Positions 38,093-46,830 of a stretch of 64,000 bases of DNA are shown here, one piece after another; within the stretch, counting starts at the first letter, position 1; every line of letters starts with the position of its first letter. Under the pieces are notes generated by a model. The model saw only the letters and a program-made list of their open reading frames with translations, was not told the origin of the DNA and searched no databases. Both the position numbers and the translations under genes were made by a program. This DNA is from Candidatus Parcubacteria bacterium (lineage in GTDB: Bacteria; Patescibacteriota; Minisyncoccia; UBA6257; 2-01-FULL-56-20). The stretch covers positions 5,769 to 69,768 of the forward strand of contig DAIEHA010000003.1 in NCBI GenBank assembly GCA_027355945.1, given 5' to 3'.

Positions 38093-38776
38093 TCAGACCA
38101 GGATGTATTTCCCTTTTTTCTCGTCCCGGATTATGCGTCCTTTATCGAGCGTGACCACGCGCCGCTCGAGCGAATTGATCACCTCCCGGTCATGGGTGGC
38201 AAGGAGCACCGTCGTACCGAGCTCATTGATCTTTTCGAGCAGCTTGATTATCTCGAAGGTATGAAAGGGATCGAGGTTGCCGGTGGGCTCATCGGCGATG
38301 ACGACCTCGGGCCTGTGGATCATGGCCCGCGCGATCGCGACACGCTGCCGTTCTCCTCCCGAAAGTTCGTTGGGGAAGTTCTTCATTTTGTCGCCAAGTC
38401 CCACCATATCGAGCACCTGGGGCACGAGGTCCATGATCTCCCGCTGGGGCCGTCCGGCGACCTCGAGGGCGAATGCGACGTTCTCGTACGCGGTCTTTGC
38501 GGGAAGCAAGCGGAAATCCTGGAATACGACGCCGATGTGGCGCCGGAACGCGGGAAGTTCACTGTCCTCGAGCTTGTTCACTTCATATTGACCGAAGAAC
38601 ACGCGCCCTCGTGAGGGACGCTCCTCTCCGATGAGAAGCTTGATGATGGTGGATTTACCCGCCCCCGAACGGCCCGCAAGCGATACGAACTCTCCCTGGT
38701 CTATCTGGAAGCTTACGTCCTCAAGCGCGACTCCGCGGTCGCTGTAATGCTTGGAGACTCCTTGAAAGACAATCAC
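38093..38776 (-). CDS. ftsE: Cell division ATP-binding protein FtsE (GTG start)
   Basis: [32 protein letters not shown] and [10 protein letters not shown]; upstream of ftsX. Confidence 0.95.
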   Translation of the reverse strand: MIVFQGVSKHYSDRGVALEDVSFQIDQGEFVSLAGRSGAGKSTIIKLLIGEERPSRGRVFFGQYEVNKLEDSELPAFRRHIGVVFQDFRLLPAKTAYENVAFALEVAGRPQREIMDLVPQVLDMVGLGDKMKNFPNELSGGERQRVAIARAMIHRPEVVIADEPTGNLDPFHTFEIIKLLEKINELGTTVLLATHDREVINSLERRVVTLDKGRIIRDEKKGKYILV

Positions 38777-38832
38777 TCAGGAATGATAGCATATTCCGAG
38801 GGAAATCTGAAGCAGAATGCGCGGATCGGACC

Positions 38833-39444
38833 TCATATGCGCGCCTTGTCGGCGCGGACGCGGCGGAGGAAGCGCCGCTGCATGCGCACGATGATGAACA
38901 TCACGGATGCGACGGCCACGATCGCACCGATGATGTCCGCAACGTCGGAGAAGTTCTTCCAATAGATGCCGGCGGCATATCCTATCCAAAGGAAACCGAA
39001 AGGTTCAAGCACGTTCCCGGCAGCATCGCTCGGAAGGAATACGAGGAACGGTACGCCGGCCATCCCCGCAAGGACGTTCGTGACGGGGCTCATCATGCTT
39101 CCGAACCGGGTGAGGAATATGGTGAAGGCCGCATCGGACCGCACTTCGCGCTCGAGCGCATCGAAAAAAGGCAATCGCCGGAGGCGCAGGAAGGAAACGA
39201 TGGTATTCCCGTAGCGCCTTGTGATGCCGTATGCGGTGAGATCTCCCGCCACATTCCCCGCTGCCGCAACCCCAAGAGAGACCCATATATTGAAATACCC
39301 CTGCCCCGCGAACGCGCCGAGTGCGAGCAGCATGGCATTCACGGGCAAAGGCGCCCCGATCGCCCCGAGATAGACGAAAACGCCGAGTGCCGCGTAGCGA
39401 TAAATGAGAAGATATGAAAGAAGGGAGCTGAGGAACGAATCCAT
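38833..39444 (-). CDS. DedA family membrane protein
   Basis: GAPLP, GNVAGDLTAY, TRF and AGMAGVPF. Confidence 0.85.
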   Translation of the reverse strand: MDSFLSSLLSYLLIYRYAALGVFVYLGAIGAPLPVNAMLLALGAFAGQGYFNIWVSLGVAAAGNVAGDLTAYGITRRYGNTIVSFLRLRRLPFFDALEREVRSDAAFTIFLTRFGSMMSPVTNVLAGMAGVPFLVFLPSDAAGNVLEPFGFLWIGYAAGIYWKNFSDVADIIGAIVAVASVMFIIVRMQRRFLRRVRADKARI

Positions 39445-39457
39445 AGAGGATATCCGA

Positions 39458-39913
39458 CTACTCGGATGGGCTCAGCTTGTGCGCGACCGCCGCTTGGACC
39501 GCGGCAAGGAACTCCTTTTCATCGAACCCGCGTTCGGCCGCATATCCGGAAAGGGTGAGTTTCGGATAGGAGGGATCCTCGATGGAGAACGCCGTTTTCA
39601 GGAAATCGGGCGGAAGCCCGAAGATCCGGTTCACATAATCGAACGTCATCCAGGGACGCAGCATTCCCGTTTCAGACGCCGTGAGAGGTCCGTGCCTCGC
39701 CACAAACATGGAAAGCGAAAGTTCCCGAACGCTGATAAGGTGTTCCTTGCGAAGGGCTGCGTATCCATGGATGAGAAGCGCAAAAAGAAGCACGAGGACC
39801 GCCACGAGGATGGCGATGGCTATTTTGAAGGATCGCGGGGAAAATCCCGGATCTTCCTTCCCTATGGATGGCGTACTCTCAGTAGGCCGTACAAAACCCT
39901 CTTCAGGGATCAT
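39458..39913 (-). CDS. Hypothetical single-TM protein
   Basis: TM helix followed by RPWMTFDYVNRIFGLPP; TATAAT upstream of ATG 39913; co-oriented with DedA. Confidence 0.7.
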   Translation of the reverse strand: MIPEEGFVRPTESTPSIGKEDPGFSPRSFKIAIAILVAVLVLLFALLIHGYAALRKEHLISVRELSLSMFVARHGPLTASETGMLRPWMTFDYVNRIFGLPPDFLKTAFSIEDPSYPKLTLSGYAAERGFDEKEFLAAVQAAVAHKLSPSE

Positions 39914-40027
39914 TTTCAATAGATTATACGCCGCCAAATGGCCTTTTGGGGGCGATCTCTGGTGTACTGGGATCGTAAAGGATAGACTTGAATCAGGCCC
40001 TTGAAAGGCGGAAAGGGGGTGGCGGCC

Positions 40028-40384
40028 ATGGAGCATGACATCAAAGACCTTGGAAGAAGCGCCCTGGAATTACCGGATCCCAGGGATGTGCGGGAGCTCA
40101 CGCTGAAAGTGCGATGGCTCTTCATGTCGGGGTCGAACACCCTGCTGCTTCACGACAAAGAACGCATGGAACTTGCGGCCCGGACGCTCAAAGAGGCGGG
40201 AGACATGCTTCGTCGAGAGAGAAACTCACCGAAAGAACCCTCGTCGGCCGCATCCGAAGAGGATTTGGGGAGGCTCCTCGAAGAATTAAGGACGGCATGC
40301 AGGACGGCCGGGCGTCAAAGGAGGAATTTCGCCCGGGCGAAAGGCCTTCCGGTGCCGGAAGATGAGGAAGGAAGCGAGGAGTGA
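40028..40384 (+). CDS. Hypothetical helical protein
   Basis: Fills the gap, has an AGGGGGT SD-like sequence before ATG 40028, and shows no recognisable motif. Confidence 0.5.
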   Translation: MEHDIKDLGRSALELPDPRDVRELTLKVRWLFMSGSNTLLLHDKERMELAARTLKEAGDMLRRERNSPKEPSSAASEEDLGRLLEELRTACRTAGRQRRNFARAKGLPVPEDEEGSEE

Positions 40385-40539
40385 TCTGGTTGCCCGATCG
40401 ACATTGAAAAAGATCGGGCAATTTTCTTTTATACGTCAAAAACCTATATTTTACGGTACTTTTAGAAGGATAGAGCGCCGGAGGAACCAGGAGCGATGAA
40501 GGGGCGAAAGGCCATTCGGAGGGGGCTCGGCCGGGGGTA

Positions 40540-40569
40540 TTGACTTCCCTCCCCTTTCCATGGTAGGAT
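40540..40569 (+). promoter_or_regulatory. Sigma70-type promoter of the 3D-domain gene
   Basis: TTGACT-N18-TAGGAT with an extended TG. Confidence 0.6.
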
Positions 40570-40635
40570 GGAGCCACAAACCAATAGAAACTGTATAAAC
40601 CCCGAAAGGGGCGTTTTTATTGGGAAGGAACCATT

Positions 40636-41208
40636 ATGAGCATTCACTTACGACGGTGGGGTCTGGCGATCGGCCTTCTTGCGGCCTTCGCGATTCCCCG
40701 CCCGGTCATTGAGGCCCAAGCAAATCCCGTTACCCCGCCGACCCCGTCGGAAACAGCGTCTTCCCGCGTTTCCCGCGTGGCGCCCCAGAATCGCCCGGAG
40801 GCGAAGTGGGTCGTTCAGAGGGTCATGCATCTCAAGATCACAGCCTACGCGAGCGTTCCTGCCGAGACAAAATCCTACGGCAGTCCGTTCATCACTGCGG
40901 ATGGCACGTACGTCCACGACGGCGTGGTCGCCACCAACCTTCTGCCTTTCGGCACGAAAGTGATGATCCCCTCCCTTTTCGGGATCAAAGTGTTCACGGT
41001 GGACGACCGCATGAGCAGCAAGCTCATGAACAATATGGATATTTGGATGCAAACCGAAGGAAAAGCGATATTCTTCGGAGTCCATTATGCGAACATCATA
41101 GTGCTCGCAGCGAAAAGCCCGCTTCCCGTCAAGGACGCCGCCATGCTTGCCACGAATGCTATGGCAGCTGATTCCATATTGCAGGGTCCATCTGGCCGTC
41201 AGCTTTAA
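40636..41208 (+). CDS. Secreted 3D-domain protein (MltA/Sps-like, putative peptidoglycan lytic enzyme)
   Basis: Signal peptide, ITAYAS, ITADGT, VVATNLLPFGTKV, VDDRM and MDIW. Confidence 0.85.
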   Translation: MSIHLRRWGLAIGLLAAFAIPRPVIEAQANPVTPPTPSETASSRVSRVAPQNRPEAKWVVQRVMHLKITAYASVPAETKSYGSPFITADGTYVHDGVVATNLLPFGTKVMIPSLFGIKVFTVDDRMSSKLMNNMDIWMQTEGKAIFFGVHYANIIVLAAKSPLPVKDAAMLATNAMAADSILQGPSGRQL

Positions 41209-42415
41209 AGAATATTATCCCCCGCAGACCGTACTGCTGCGCAAGCTTCACCTTCTGCATCTCCGATGTGGCGTCCGGGAACGACACAAAGAAAGTGGTC
41301 AAATTGCCTGGATTGGAGCTGGAAAGCACTGAAGGCTCCGTGGAGCTCTCGGTGAACGTAAGGATCGGGGGTTCCTGGATATAAGTGCTCGATTGATAGG
41401 TGAACGAAAGTTCTCCGGCATTGTTCCGTAGCGGCTGGATCCCCATGGACGTGGCGCGGTCCATCGCACCGAAGAAATCGAAGGCGCGTACGCGCTGATA
41501 CGTGGCGAGTCCGTTTGCCCACGAAACCTCATATTCATAACCGTACGTCGGGATCCCCAGCATGATCTTCCGGGGATTGATGTATTGGATGGCATACTGG
41601 ATGAGCTTCTTCACCCAATCAGGGTCCGCGACCGGGGCATACAGCGTCCCATTGCTCCCCTTCGAGGCATCGAGCTTGATGTCCACGCCCTCCTGGTCAT
41701 AGGCCATGATCCGCACCTCGTCGCAATATTTCCCGAGGAGCGGATAATTCTCGGCGTATATGACGTTCGTAGGAGGATTTTTATAGAGGGATGAGAGCGG
41801 GGTGCGGGGCACGACCGTGCAGGTAAGCATCTTTCCCTGCGGGTGGAGCCTCATCGCAAGGCCCTGGATGAAAAGGGAATAATACGGCCTTGTTGCGGGA
41901 GACATGCCCTCAAAATCGATATCGATCCCGTCAAAATTCTCCCCTTTCACAAGCTGGGCGATGGTATATTCGGCGCCTTGGCGCATTTTTGCGTTGGAAA
42001 GAAGGGAATAAAGGCCGTTCGTATTGAAATACGCGATAGTGGGGATGATCTTCACGTGCATATCGCGGAGCGCGCTGAAATAGAGGTCCCAGCTGCCGTT
42101 CCCGATCATGAGATCGTCCATGATGAGGCCCTTTGAATTGATCTCATAGGAAAAGGGGCTGAGCTCATTGAAAGAGGTGAGATGGAGCGCAACATCCTCT
42201 CCGCCGGCCTGGCTCTGCCAGTACGGAAGCCACGCACCCACCTGCAGCTTCGCGCCGATCCCCGTTCCTCCCGCAGCGCGCGCGTTCGCGGATGTCGTTG
42301 CGGCGGATGCCGAAGGTGCCCGTCCTGCAACGCTCCAGATCCCGGCAACTATCGCGACCGCAAGAACCGCCGCAGATACAAGCCGCGGAACCGAGAAAGA
42401 TCGTTGGATGTTCAT
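41159..42415 (-). CDS. Secreted glycoside hydrolase family 18 protein
   Basis: Signal peptide, catalytic FDGIDIDFE, IMAYD and KIMLGIPTYG. Confidence 0.88.
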   Translation of the reverse strand: MNIQRSFSVPRLVSAAVLAVAIVAGIWSVAGRAPSASAATTSANARAAGGTGIGAKLQVGAWLPYWQSQAGGEDVALHLTSFNELSPFSYEINSKGLIMDDLMIGNGSWDLYFSALRDMHVKIIPTIAYFNTNGLYSLLSNAKMRQGAEYTIAQLVKGENFDGIDIDFEGMSPATRPYYSLFIQGLAMRLHPQGKMLTCTVVPRTPLSSLYKNPPTNVIYAENYPLLGKYCDEVRIMAYDQEGVDIKLDASKGSNGTLYAPVADPDWVKKLIQYAIQYINPRKIMLGIPTYGYEYEVSWANGLATYQRVRAFDFFGAMDRATSMGIQPLRNNAGELSFTYQSSTYIQEPPILTFTESSTEPSVLSSSNPGNLTTFFVSFPDATSEMQKVKLAQQYGLRGIIFFKADGQMDPAIWNQLP

Positions 42416-43350
42416 TCGTTATTGATGGAAATAAAACCTTGTCTCTCAATGATAAACCCTTCCTGAAGGAGTTGCGAGAGCACGCGGCGCATGCGCACAG
42501 CTCCCTCCCTGCCGGAAGCGCCCACGACGGCGGCAAGACGGGTCTCGGCGATGCCCGACGAACCTTCTTCCCCTGCATCCCGGACGGCAAGGAGATAACG
42601 GAGGACCCTCCCCCTCATCTCGCGGTCAGAACCTTTGAATGCGCGCTGGATGCGATAATGGGCGCTTCGTCGATTCGGATTTGCGAAAGGACCGAGGTTG
42701 CCGTTGCGATCGCTCACGGACCTCGTTCGCGCGATCGTACGTTCCTTTGTGCCCGTTGCCGCACCCTTTCCAAGCGAGGCGCCATAATCCATGAGCGCCC
42801 AGTACCATTCGCGCGGATGCGCATGGTCCATGGTCCTTTGGATATAACGTCCTATCTCTGCATCCGTTACCCCGCGCCGGGTCCTTGGAAAGAAGTGATG
42901 GATAAAGACCCTCCGTATGTTCGTTTCGATGAATATCTCGGGACGATCGAACGCGAAAGCCATGAGCGAACCCGAAGTCCCCTTTCCTATGCCAGGGAGC
43001 CGTGCGAGCGCCTCGCGGTCGGAGGGAAGGACTCCTCCGTGTTCGCGCATGACGATTTCTGCAAGCCGCTTGAGGGAGAGCGCCCTGCGGTTGTACCCAA
43101 GCCCCTGCCAGGCGGCAAGCACATCGCCCGTTGCCGCATGAGCAAGCGAAGGAAAATCGGGGAATCGCGCAAGAAAGCGGGCATAGTATCCTTCAACGCG
43201 CGAAACCTGCGTCTGTTGGAGCATCACCTCGGAAACAAGGATGGCATAGGGATCGCGGGTCTTCCTCCAAGAAAGGTCATGCCGTCCCTGCGTCCGGTAA
43301 TGCTTCCTGATGGTCTTTTTGAATTCCTGATCCCGGGAAGCGGGCTTCAT
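42412..43350 (-). CDS. mutY: A/G-specific adenine glycosylase (HhH-GPD) without an Fe-S cluster motif
   Basis: LSWR, YAILVSEVMLQQTQV, WQGLGYNRRA, LPGIG, ETNIRRV and ALMDYGA; no CX6CX2CX5C motif. Confidence 0.88.
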   Translation of the reverse strand: MKPASRDQEFKKTIRKHYRTQGRHDLSWRKTRDPYAILVSEVMLQQTQVSRVEGYYARFLARFPDFPSLAHAATGDVLAAWQGLGYNRRALSLKRLAEIVMREHGGVLPSDREALARLPGIGKGTSGSLMAFAFDRPEIFIETNIRRVFIHHFFPRTRRGVTDAEIGRYIQRTMDHAHPREWYWALMDYGASLGKGAATGTKERTIARTRSVSDRNGNLGPFANPNRRSAHYRIQRAFKGSDREMRGRVLRYLLAVRDAGEEGSSGIAETRLAAVVGASGREGAVRMRRVLSQLLQEGFIIERQGFISINNE

Positions 43351-43475
43351 GATGCTCATATTATAGTGGGAGGCAGCAGACAATGCCCAGAGGCGAGAAA
43401 AGGAGGGAGGAAATTGACGGATAGGCCCATATATCCTATAAAGAAAGAAGGCTCGAATGAAAAGGAGGCGCCTTT

Positions 43476-43736
43476 ATGAAACCCGATCTACGAAGACGGA
43501 GGATCGCTGCACGGAAACGGGCAGAACTTGCAGAATTGAATTCTGCCCTTGCGCGTCTTAAGAAACATCGGGGCTGCATCATAAAGCACCCTGGGATCCC
43601 GCCGAGCAGCGAGATTCTCGTAGTAGAGAGAACCATACAAGAGCTTCGCTTCATGATCGTTCCCCTGCGGCATGAGATCAATCAGATCCTCTGTCGCCCC
43701 TCTTACCCCAAGCCCCTTGAAGCTTGGGGGTTTTAA
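43476..43736 (+). CDS. Small basic orphan protein
   Basis: TTGACG-N17-TATAAA promoter, AAGGAGG SD 7 nt before the ATG, and a hairpin at the stop. Confidence 0.55.
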   Translation: MKPDLRRRRIAARKRAELAELNSALARLKKHRGCIIKHPGIPPSSEILVVERTIQELRFMIVPLRHEINQILCRPSYPKPLEAWGF

Positions 43737-43921
43737 TATTTTGCAGGTATTTAGGGCTATTCCGGGGGGGCTTGCATTATTCAACGGGCTTATGGTATAA
43801 TAGAAAAGTTGTAAGTGTTCTTAGAGGTTTGCATTCGCCAGGCGTTCGCGTTTTTGCGGCCTGCCGTGGTAGAGCAGCGGAAGAGAAGGAGGTCGCCTTA
43901 CACGAAAGAGATAGAATTTGA

Positions 43922-44224
43922 ATGGCTACAAAATTGTACGTTGGCGGATTGCCCTACTCGACGACTCAGGATGAACTCCAGGAGGCGTTTGCGAAGGCCG
44001 GTTCTGTCGTGTCCGCGAGCATCATCACGGACAAGATGACTGGTCGCTCGCGCGGCTTCGGTTTCGTCGAGATGACATCCAACGACGAAGCGCAGAAGGC
44101 TATCGAGATGTGGAATGGTAACGATTTCGGCGGGCGCAAGCTCACCGTGAACGAGGCCAAACCCCTCGAACCGCGCGCCCCTCGCCGGGATAATGATTTC
44201 GGCGGAGGTCGCAACTGGCAGTAG
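43922..44224 (+). CDS. RRM-domain RNA-binding protein
   Basis: RNP2 LYVGGL, RNP1 RGFGFVEM and LTVNEA, with a Gly/Arg tail. Confidence 0.95.
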   Translation: MATKLYVGGLPYSTTQDELQEAFAKAGSVVSASIITDKMTGRSRGFGFVEMTSNDEAQKAIEMWNGNDFGGRKLTVNEAKPLEPRAPRRDNDFGGGRNWQ

Positions 44225-44234
44225 GCACTGCTTC

Positions 44235-44260
44235 AAGAACGCCCCTTCGGGGGCGTTTTT
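44235..44260 (+). terminator. Intrinsic terminator
   Basis: AACGCCCC-TTCG-GGGGCGTT followed by TTT. Confidence 0.85.
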
Positions 44261-44287
44261 GTTTTATAAACGTGATAAAATGACCCT

Positions 44288-45370
44288 ATGGAAATCACCC
44301 TTCTTCTGATCGTCGCAGTCCTCTTTGCCGCGATCGCATGGCGCCTTTGGATGCCCGCGAAGCCGGCGGAACCGGAGAAACGCAACGACGACTCCCTGCT
44401 CCTCATCCAGAACCAGATCCAGGACCAGCAGAAACGGCTCGATATGCAGATGCGAGAGCTCGCGCGCACGCTCGATGCACGCCTCAGCGACTCCACGAAG
44501 ACGGTCTTTTCGCAGGCCCAGGCGAGCGAACGGATCGTACGCGAGGTGACCGCCGAACTCACGAAGGTGGCGGAGGGGCAGAAGCAGATCGGCGCGCTCA
44601 ACGACCAGCTCCGCAATCTGAACGACATCCTGAAGAACACGAAGGCCCGCGGCGTGCTCGGCGAATACTTCCTCGAAACGGTGTTGAAGAACGTGCTCGC
44701 GCCGAACACCTACCAGCTCCAATATCCGTTCAAGGACAATTCCAAGGTGGATGCGGTCATCTTCTACCAGGACAAGGTGATCCCCATCGACTCGAAGTTC
44801 TCGCTCGAAAATTACAATCGGCTTGCCGGTGCGGCGACCGATGAGGAGCGCAAGCGCTACGGCGATGCGCTCCGCATGGACCTTAAGACGCGCATCGATG
44901 AAACGTCGAAATACATCAAACCCGGAGAGGATACGGTGGATTTCGCCTTCATGTTCATCCCGTCAGAGGCGCTGTATTATGACCTTCTCATCAACAAGAT
45001 CGGCGCAAGTGCGGAGCGCGACCTCGTGCAGTATGCCGCCGAAAAGCACGTCTACCCCGTATCGCCGACGACCTTCTATGTCTATCTCCAGATGGTGTAC
45101 CAGGGGCTCCGGCAGATGCAGATCAACAAATCGGCCCAGCAGATCATCAAAGGGGTCGGGGAGCTCCAGCGACACCTCATGCGCTACGAGGAATATCTTG
45201 AAAAGATAGGCACCCACCTCGCAACGACGACGAATGCGTATAACACGGCCTCCAAGGAATTCGCGAAGATCGAGAAGGATGTGACGCGGATCGGGGCGAT
45301 ATCCCCCGAAGAGGCCGAGGATACGATGGCGCCACAAGATGCGCTTCCCCTGAAAGAGACTGTCGAATAG
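44288..45370 (+). CDS. rmuC: DNA recombination protein RmuC
   Basis: N-terminal TM and coiled coil, KARGVLGE, PIDSKF, KYI...T.DFAFMFIPSE and VSPTT. Confidence 0.92.
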   Translation: MEITLLLIVAVLFAAIAWRLWMPAKPAEPEKRNDDSLLLIQNQIQDQQKRLDMQMRELARTLDARLSDSTKTVFSQAQASERIVREVTAELTKVAEGQKQIGALNDQLRNLNDILKNTKARGVLGEYFLETVLKNVLAPNTYQLQYPFKDNSKVDAVIFYQDKVIPIDSKFSLENYNRLAGAATDEERKRYGDALRMDLKTRIDETSKYIKPGEDTVDFAFMFIPSEALYYDLLINKIGASAERDLVQYAAEKHVYPVSPTTFYVYLQMVYQGLRQMQINKSAQQIIKGVGELQRHLMRYEEYLEKIGTHLATTTNAYNTASKEFAKIEKDVTRIGAISPEEAEDTMAPQDALPLKETVE

Positions 45371-45401
45371 CAAAATCCCCCGATCGCTCGGGGGATTTTG
45401 C
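45370..45401. terminator. Bidirectional terminator between rmuC and ftsZ
   Basis: GCAAAATCCCCCGA-TCGC-TCGGGGGATTTTGC. Confidence 0.85.
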
Positions 45402-45413
45402 AACTGGTCGTTC

Positions 45414-46796
45414 CTATCTTTTCCTTCTCCTGAGGAACGCAGGGATGTCCCACGCATCGCTCTCCTTCTCCTTGTTCGCGCTCATGCCCGCACCTCCCAT
45501 CTTTGTCCCGGTCTCGCCCTTCTGCGCATTCGGGGCTGACGGCGAACCGATTCTCTGCTGAGCCACCAGCTCATCGGCGGATTCCTCGCCGCGGGCATGG
45601 ATGGTCGTTTCTTTGGCGGAGGAAGAGGAAGAGGCCGTCCCGCCGAAGCCGTTCCGTTCGGACATGGTTGCCGGAGTGGACTGCTTTTTGATACCGAGGG
45701 ACGAGGATTCGAATCCGGACCTCCCGAAGATGTTCTGGCGCGATTCGTAAGGATTGGTCCCGAACAGCGAACCGTTCTGCGAACCGTTGAAGCCGGCGGC
45801 GATCACGGTGACCTTGAGCTGTCCCGCGGGCATCATCCTGTCGTAATATGCGCCGAAGATGATCCTGGCACCGGGATCCGCGGTTTGCGCCACGATCTTC
45901 GCGGCGTCGTTCACTTCGGTCATCTTGAGGTCCCGACCGCCCGTAATGCCAAGCAAGACGGCTCTCGCGCCGTCAGGGCTCGTTTCGAGGAGCGGCGAAT
46001 GGAGTGCGGCCGTCACCGCCTTCACCGCGCGATCGGCGCCGCTAGCGCGCCCTACGCCGATGATGGCGATACCCGCATCCTGCATGATATTCTTCACATC
46101 CGCAAAATCGACATTGATGATGCCCGGCATGGCGATCATCTCGACGAGGCCCTTCAATGCATTGCGAAGGATGTCGTCGATCGCCTCGAACGCTTTCACG
46201 ATCGGCGTGTCTTTCCCGATCACGGTGAAGATGCGGTCGTTCGGCACGACGATCATCGCATCGACTTTATCGCGCAGTTTGAGGAGTCCCTCGCTCGCGA
46301 GCCTCTCGCGCTGGGAGCCTTCGAATGCGAACGGCTTCGTGACGACGGCGACCGTGAGCGCTCCCGCCTGTTTCGCGGTCTCCGCGATGACGGGCGTGGC
46401 GCCCGTGCCCGTGCCTCCGCCGAGTCCTGCAGCAATGAACACGAGGTCCGCCCCCTGGACCACCTCGCTGATCTCCGAGCGGTTCTCCTCGGCCGCCTGG
46501 CGTCCGAGATCGGGGTTCATGCCGGTCCCAAGGCCCTTCGTGAGCCCCTTGCCGATATAAAGCCGAGTCCTCACTTCGCAGTGATCGAGGTCCTGATGAT
46601 CGGTGTTGATGGCGACGAAATCGACGCCGCGATAGAAATCCTTCGCCATGCGGGCGACGGCATTGCCCCCTCCTCCTCCCACGCCGATCACTTTGACGTT
46701 GGCCGAAAGCGGCTGGAACGGCTTCTTCTTCTCGGAACCCGTCTTCCGGCTGCTCGTGCGGCGCGGTGCGGTATGATGTGTATTCGCCTTCGCCAT
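45414..46796 (-). CDS. ftsZ: Cell division protein FtsZ
   Basis: GVGGGGGNAV, GGGTGTG and INVDFADV, with C-terminal DIPAFLR. Confidence 0.98.
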   Translation of the reverse strand: MAKANTHHTAPRRTSSRKTGSEKKKPFQPLSANVKVIGVGGGGGNAVARMAKDFYRGVDFVAINTDHQDLDHCEVRTRLYIGKGLTKGLGTGMNPDLGRQAAEENRSEISEVVQGADLVFIAAGLGGGTGTGATPVIAETAKQAGALTVAVVTKPFAFEGSQRERLASEGLLKLRDKVDAMIVVPNDRIFTVIGKDTPIVKAFEAIDDILRNALKGLVEMIAMPGIINVDFADVKNIMQDAGIAIIGVGRASGADRAVKAVTAALHSPLLETSPDGARAVLLGITGGRDLKMTEVNDAAKIVAQTADPGARIIFGAYYDRMMPAGQLKVTVIAAGFNGSQNGSLFGTNPYESRQNIFGRSGFESSSLGIKKQSTPATMSERNGFGGTASSSSSAKETTIHARGEESADELVAQQRIGSPSAPNAQKGETGTKMGGAGMSANKEKESDAWDIPAFLRRRKR

Positions 46797-46830
46797 GGTC
46801 AATTGTTCCTATGATACTATCACAAAAAAA

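Noticed and set aside
40476-40535. Possible c-di-AMP (ydaO) riboswitch upstream of the 3D-domain gene (CGGAGGAACC...GGGGCGAA)
   Set aside because: Only two short segments resemble the motif; the GCYGAA and GCTAAC elements are missing, and the best promoter lies downstream of it. An Infernal search would settle it.
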